Positions 61,984 through 64,000 of a stretch of 64,000 nucleotides of DNA are shown in pieces; position 1 is the stretch's first letter, and every line of letters starts with the position of its first letter. Location of the stretch: the NCBI GenBank assembly GCA_010093605.1, contig MU004184.1, positions 2,180,801 through 2,244,800 of the forward strand, written 5' to 3'. A model generated the notes under the pieces. That model was not told where the DNA came from and did no database searches. It saw nothing but the letters and a program-made list of their open reading frames with translations. Position numbers and translations under genes: made by a program. Source of the stretch: Lophium mytilinum. Lineage: Eukaryota.

Positions 61984-63812
61984 TCTTTAAATCTGCGCTT
62001 TAGAAGCTCTTTTCCTGTAGTAATTTAACCTTGTTAAAATCTAAAGTGCTTAGTAAGGCCCTCGTCCTTATAATAAGGGTAAAGAAGAATATTAAAGACG
62101 TATACTAAATCTAGCTCGCTTAGGGCTATAGGGAAATACTATAAAGGCTTTCCCCTTGCTTTTTAAGCCGCATTATAGCCAGTTTTGCCTATATTAGAGT
62201 CTATAAGATAGGCGTTAAATTTTGCCCTTATTCTAAGCACCTCTGGCAGCCCTAGCTTTAAAGTAATAAACTTTTCCCCCTAAGACTTAAAGGTAATCTT
62301 TATTAGGATAGAAAAAAGCTTAATTAGGCTATTAAGCCTTTTCTAGTCCTCTCTATTAAGCCTTTATTGGGCAATTCTAAGTGCTAGCCGTTAAAAAAAG
62401 GGCTTAATAGCCGCCTTTTTTTATTTGGAGGTTTTAAGTATTAAATAGGTAGAATTCCAGCGTATAAGGGTATCTAGAGGGATTATAGGAGGTCCCTTAT
62501 AGTTATACATCTTATTATAGCGCTTATACTCTTTAGAAAGCTCGTAATTATACTTTATAGCAAGCACAATAAGGCGAATCTTGTTAAAAGTGCCTTTCTC
62601 CTGATTTTCTGCTATTAAAACGTTAGCTAGATAGATAGATAGGTAGATAGATAAATAGATGAATTTAGGTAGATAGATAGATAGATGAATTTAAGCAGAT
62701 AGATAGATAGATAGATAGATTTGGGCAGATAGATAGATAGATAGATTTAGGCAGATAGACTTACCTACTTCTTCTTCTTCTTCTCTTAGCTTTTAGTAGG
62801 CATTTAGGGGTGTGGCTTTAAATTACTTAATAGCACTTTGCGCTACTAAATTCATAATATAAGGCAGGCAGGGCATATTAACAAGAAGCCTATGCGTTCT
62901 GCAGCCCTCTTAATTAAGAAAATAACGGTATTCTCTTATAATTTCTACTATATTAAAAGCATTATCTCTTATAACACTACTAATACTTTTTTTAATGCTA
63001 AAATCTTCTAGAACTATACAAAAAAGGTCGAACTAATATTTAGATGAATAGGCCTAATTAAGGGGTGGCATAGCAAAGAGAAAGCTTTGCATTTTCTAGT
63101 TCAAATTAATAAATTAATAAGTAATTCTAAAGAACTCTGTTTTGTTGCTTGCAGTTCATGCTCTAAAAGCCGTAGAGATAACGCCTCCTAATTTAATTTA
63201 TTAAGCTAGATTTAACTTAATCTAGGCTTTTTCCACCTAAAATACCTCCTTAATATTCTTTTTCATCTTCCTAGGAGTAGGACAGGTAATATTGCGATTT
63301 AGATACTTAAAAGCATCTTAAAACGCCTTTTTTAAGATAATACTAATAGAAAGATTGCACTCTACAACTAGATTTAGAAGCAGCTTTGAAAACTGGCTTT
63401 AATCTGGTTTCCCTTTCTAAGTAGAAAGGTTTTCTTCCTTCTTCTTGTGCGAAATGCGCAGCCGGTCCTAATTATTAAGCATTTAAGTCGATTAAGCAGC
63501 GTACCAGCCTCTTGCTAAATTAGCTTTAGCTGCAGCTGCTTTTTCCCTAGCATTCTCTGCTATAGCTCAGATTTAGGGGTGTTGGTTGCGATAATAAGTG
63601 AGAAAGTTAGATGTATTTATTAAATCAGCATCTACAACTAAACTCTAGTTGCAATTTGCGCAGCTAACTCTTACTCTCCTCTTTCTGCCCTGTTTAAATT
63701 CAAGAAGGGTTACTGTTAGTAAACCTTCTAAAAATAGATAGCCCTTAAATAATATTGCTGGAAGTGTAAAATTTAGTGAACGATAGATCGATTTGTCCTT
63801 CTTAGGTGGCAT
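61984..63812 (-). pseudogene. RIP-inactivated hAT-family transposase with BED finger and an intron (62612-62764)
   Basis: MPPKK.., BED finger VSCANCN*...TSNFLTYYRNQHP, catalytic region AFRA*TASNKTEFFRITY*FI (D-x-W-T eroded), RDNAFN, CLPYIMNLVAQ (CxxH eroded to CxxY) and RWNSTYLIL. The stops and H>Y changes are C>T/G>A transitions. Confidence 0.85.
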
Positions 63813-63890
63813 GATTAAGATACGCACTTAATACCTTTTCTCTGCGTCTTTCTAGCTCTTCTTGGACCTATCTACTTCTAAATTGCAAAA

Positions 63891-63960
63891 AGATTGCTAT
63901 ATACTGCTTGCTGTGTAGTTAAATTACTATATACTGCTTGCTGTATAGTTAGATTGCTAT
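63891..63960. repeat. 30-bp tandem repeat (about 2.3 copies), probable hAT subterminal repeat
   Basis: AGATTGCTATATACTGCTTGCTGTGTAGTT / AAATTACTATATACTGCTTGCTGTATAGTT / AGATTGCTAT. The copies differ only by G>A. Confidence 0.8.
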
Positions 63961-64000
63961 TATATAGTTAATTAGTATAACTAGGGCACAAATAACCTAG

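Larger units (their letters stand above)
60750..64000. mobile_element. AT-rich RIP-degraded nested transposon island running off the window end
   Basis: Low GC, TpA excess, stop-riddled coding remnants, and LTR and hAT pieces. Confidence 0.85.

Noticed and set aside
1..64000. Secondary-metabolite cluster or Starship element
   Set aside because: No PKS/NRPS/terpene synthase and no tyrosine-recombinase captain; the genes are mostly unrelated housekeeping functions.

Overview
Gene-dense stretch of a filamentous ascomycete (Pezizomycotina, probably Dothideomycetes) nuclear chromosome with short GT-AG introns and CTRAC branch points. About 22 intron-containing or single-exon genes can be read: ATP11, a secreted SGNH/CE2-like esterase, BLOC-1 CNL1, an Rrn10-like UAF subunit, CSA/ERCC8/Rad28, MND1, HEL2/ZNF598, velvet VelB, an RRM+YTH protein, a prolyl-4-hydroxylase, STT4 PI4-kinase, ArfGAP-UBA (Gts1-like), a small bZIP, a SWIM-finger protein, a conserved Ser/Arg-rich protein, a CSI2-like membrane protein, FCF1/UTP24, a Pcl6/7-type cyclin, proteasome beta1 PRE3, BEM46 and a secreted alpha/beta hydrolase, plus one frameshifted pseudogene. 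Two AT-rich RIP-type islands (about 50.05-52.3 kb and 60.75-64 kb) hold four copies of one ~263-bp LTR (two are solo LTRs with perfect 5-bp TSDs) and a RIP-inactivated, intron-containing hAT transposase. The best candidates for undescribed elements are a three-hairpin H/ACA-like RNA at about 1290-1510, with a pocket complementary to the LSU rRNA A-loop, and a Y-shaped three-way-junction RNA in an unusually long BEM46 intron. Other candidates are tail-to-tail LTR pairs, a microsatellite-mediated LTR/hAT junction, a uORF cluster on CNL1 and several in-frame alternative-splicing switches. All calls are by eye; no database searches or folding programs were run.
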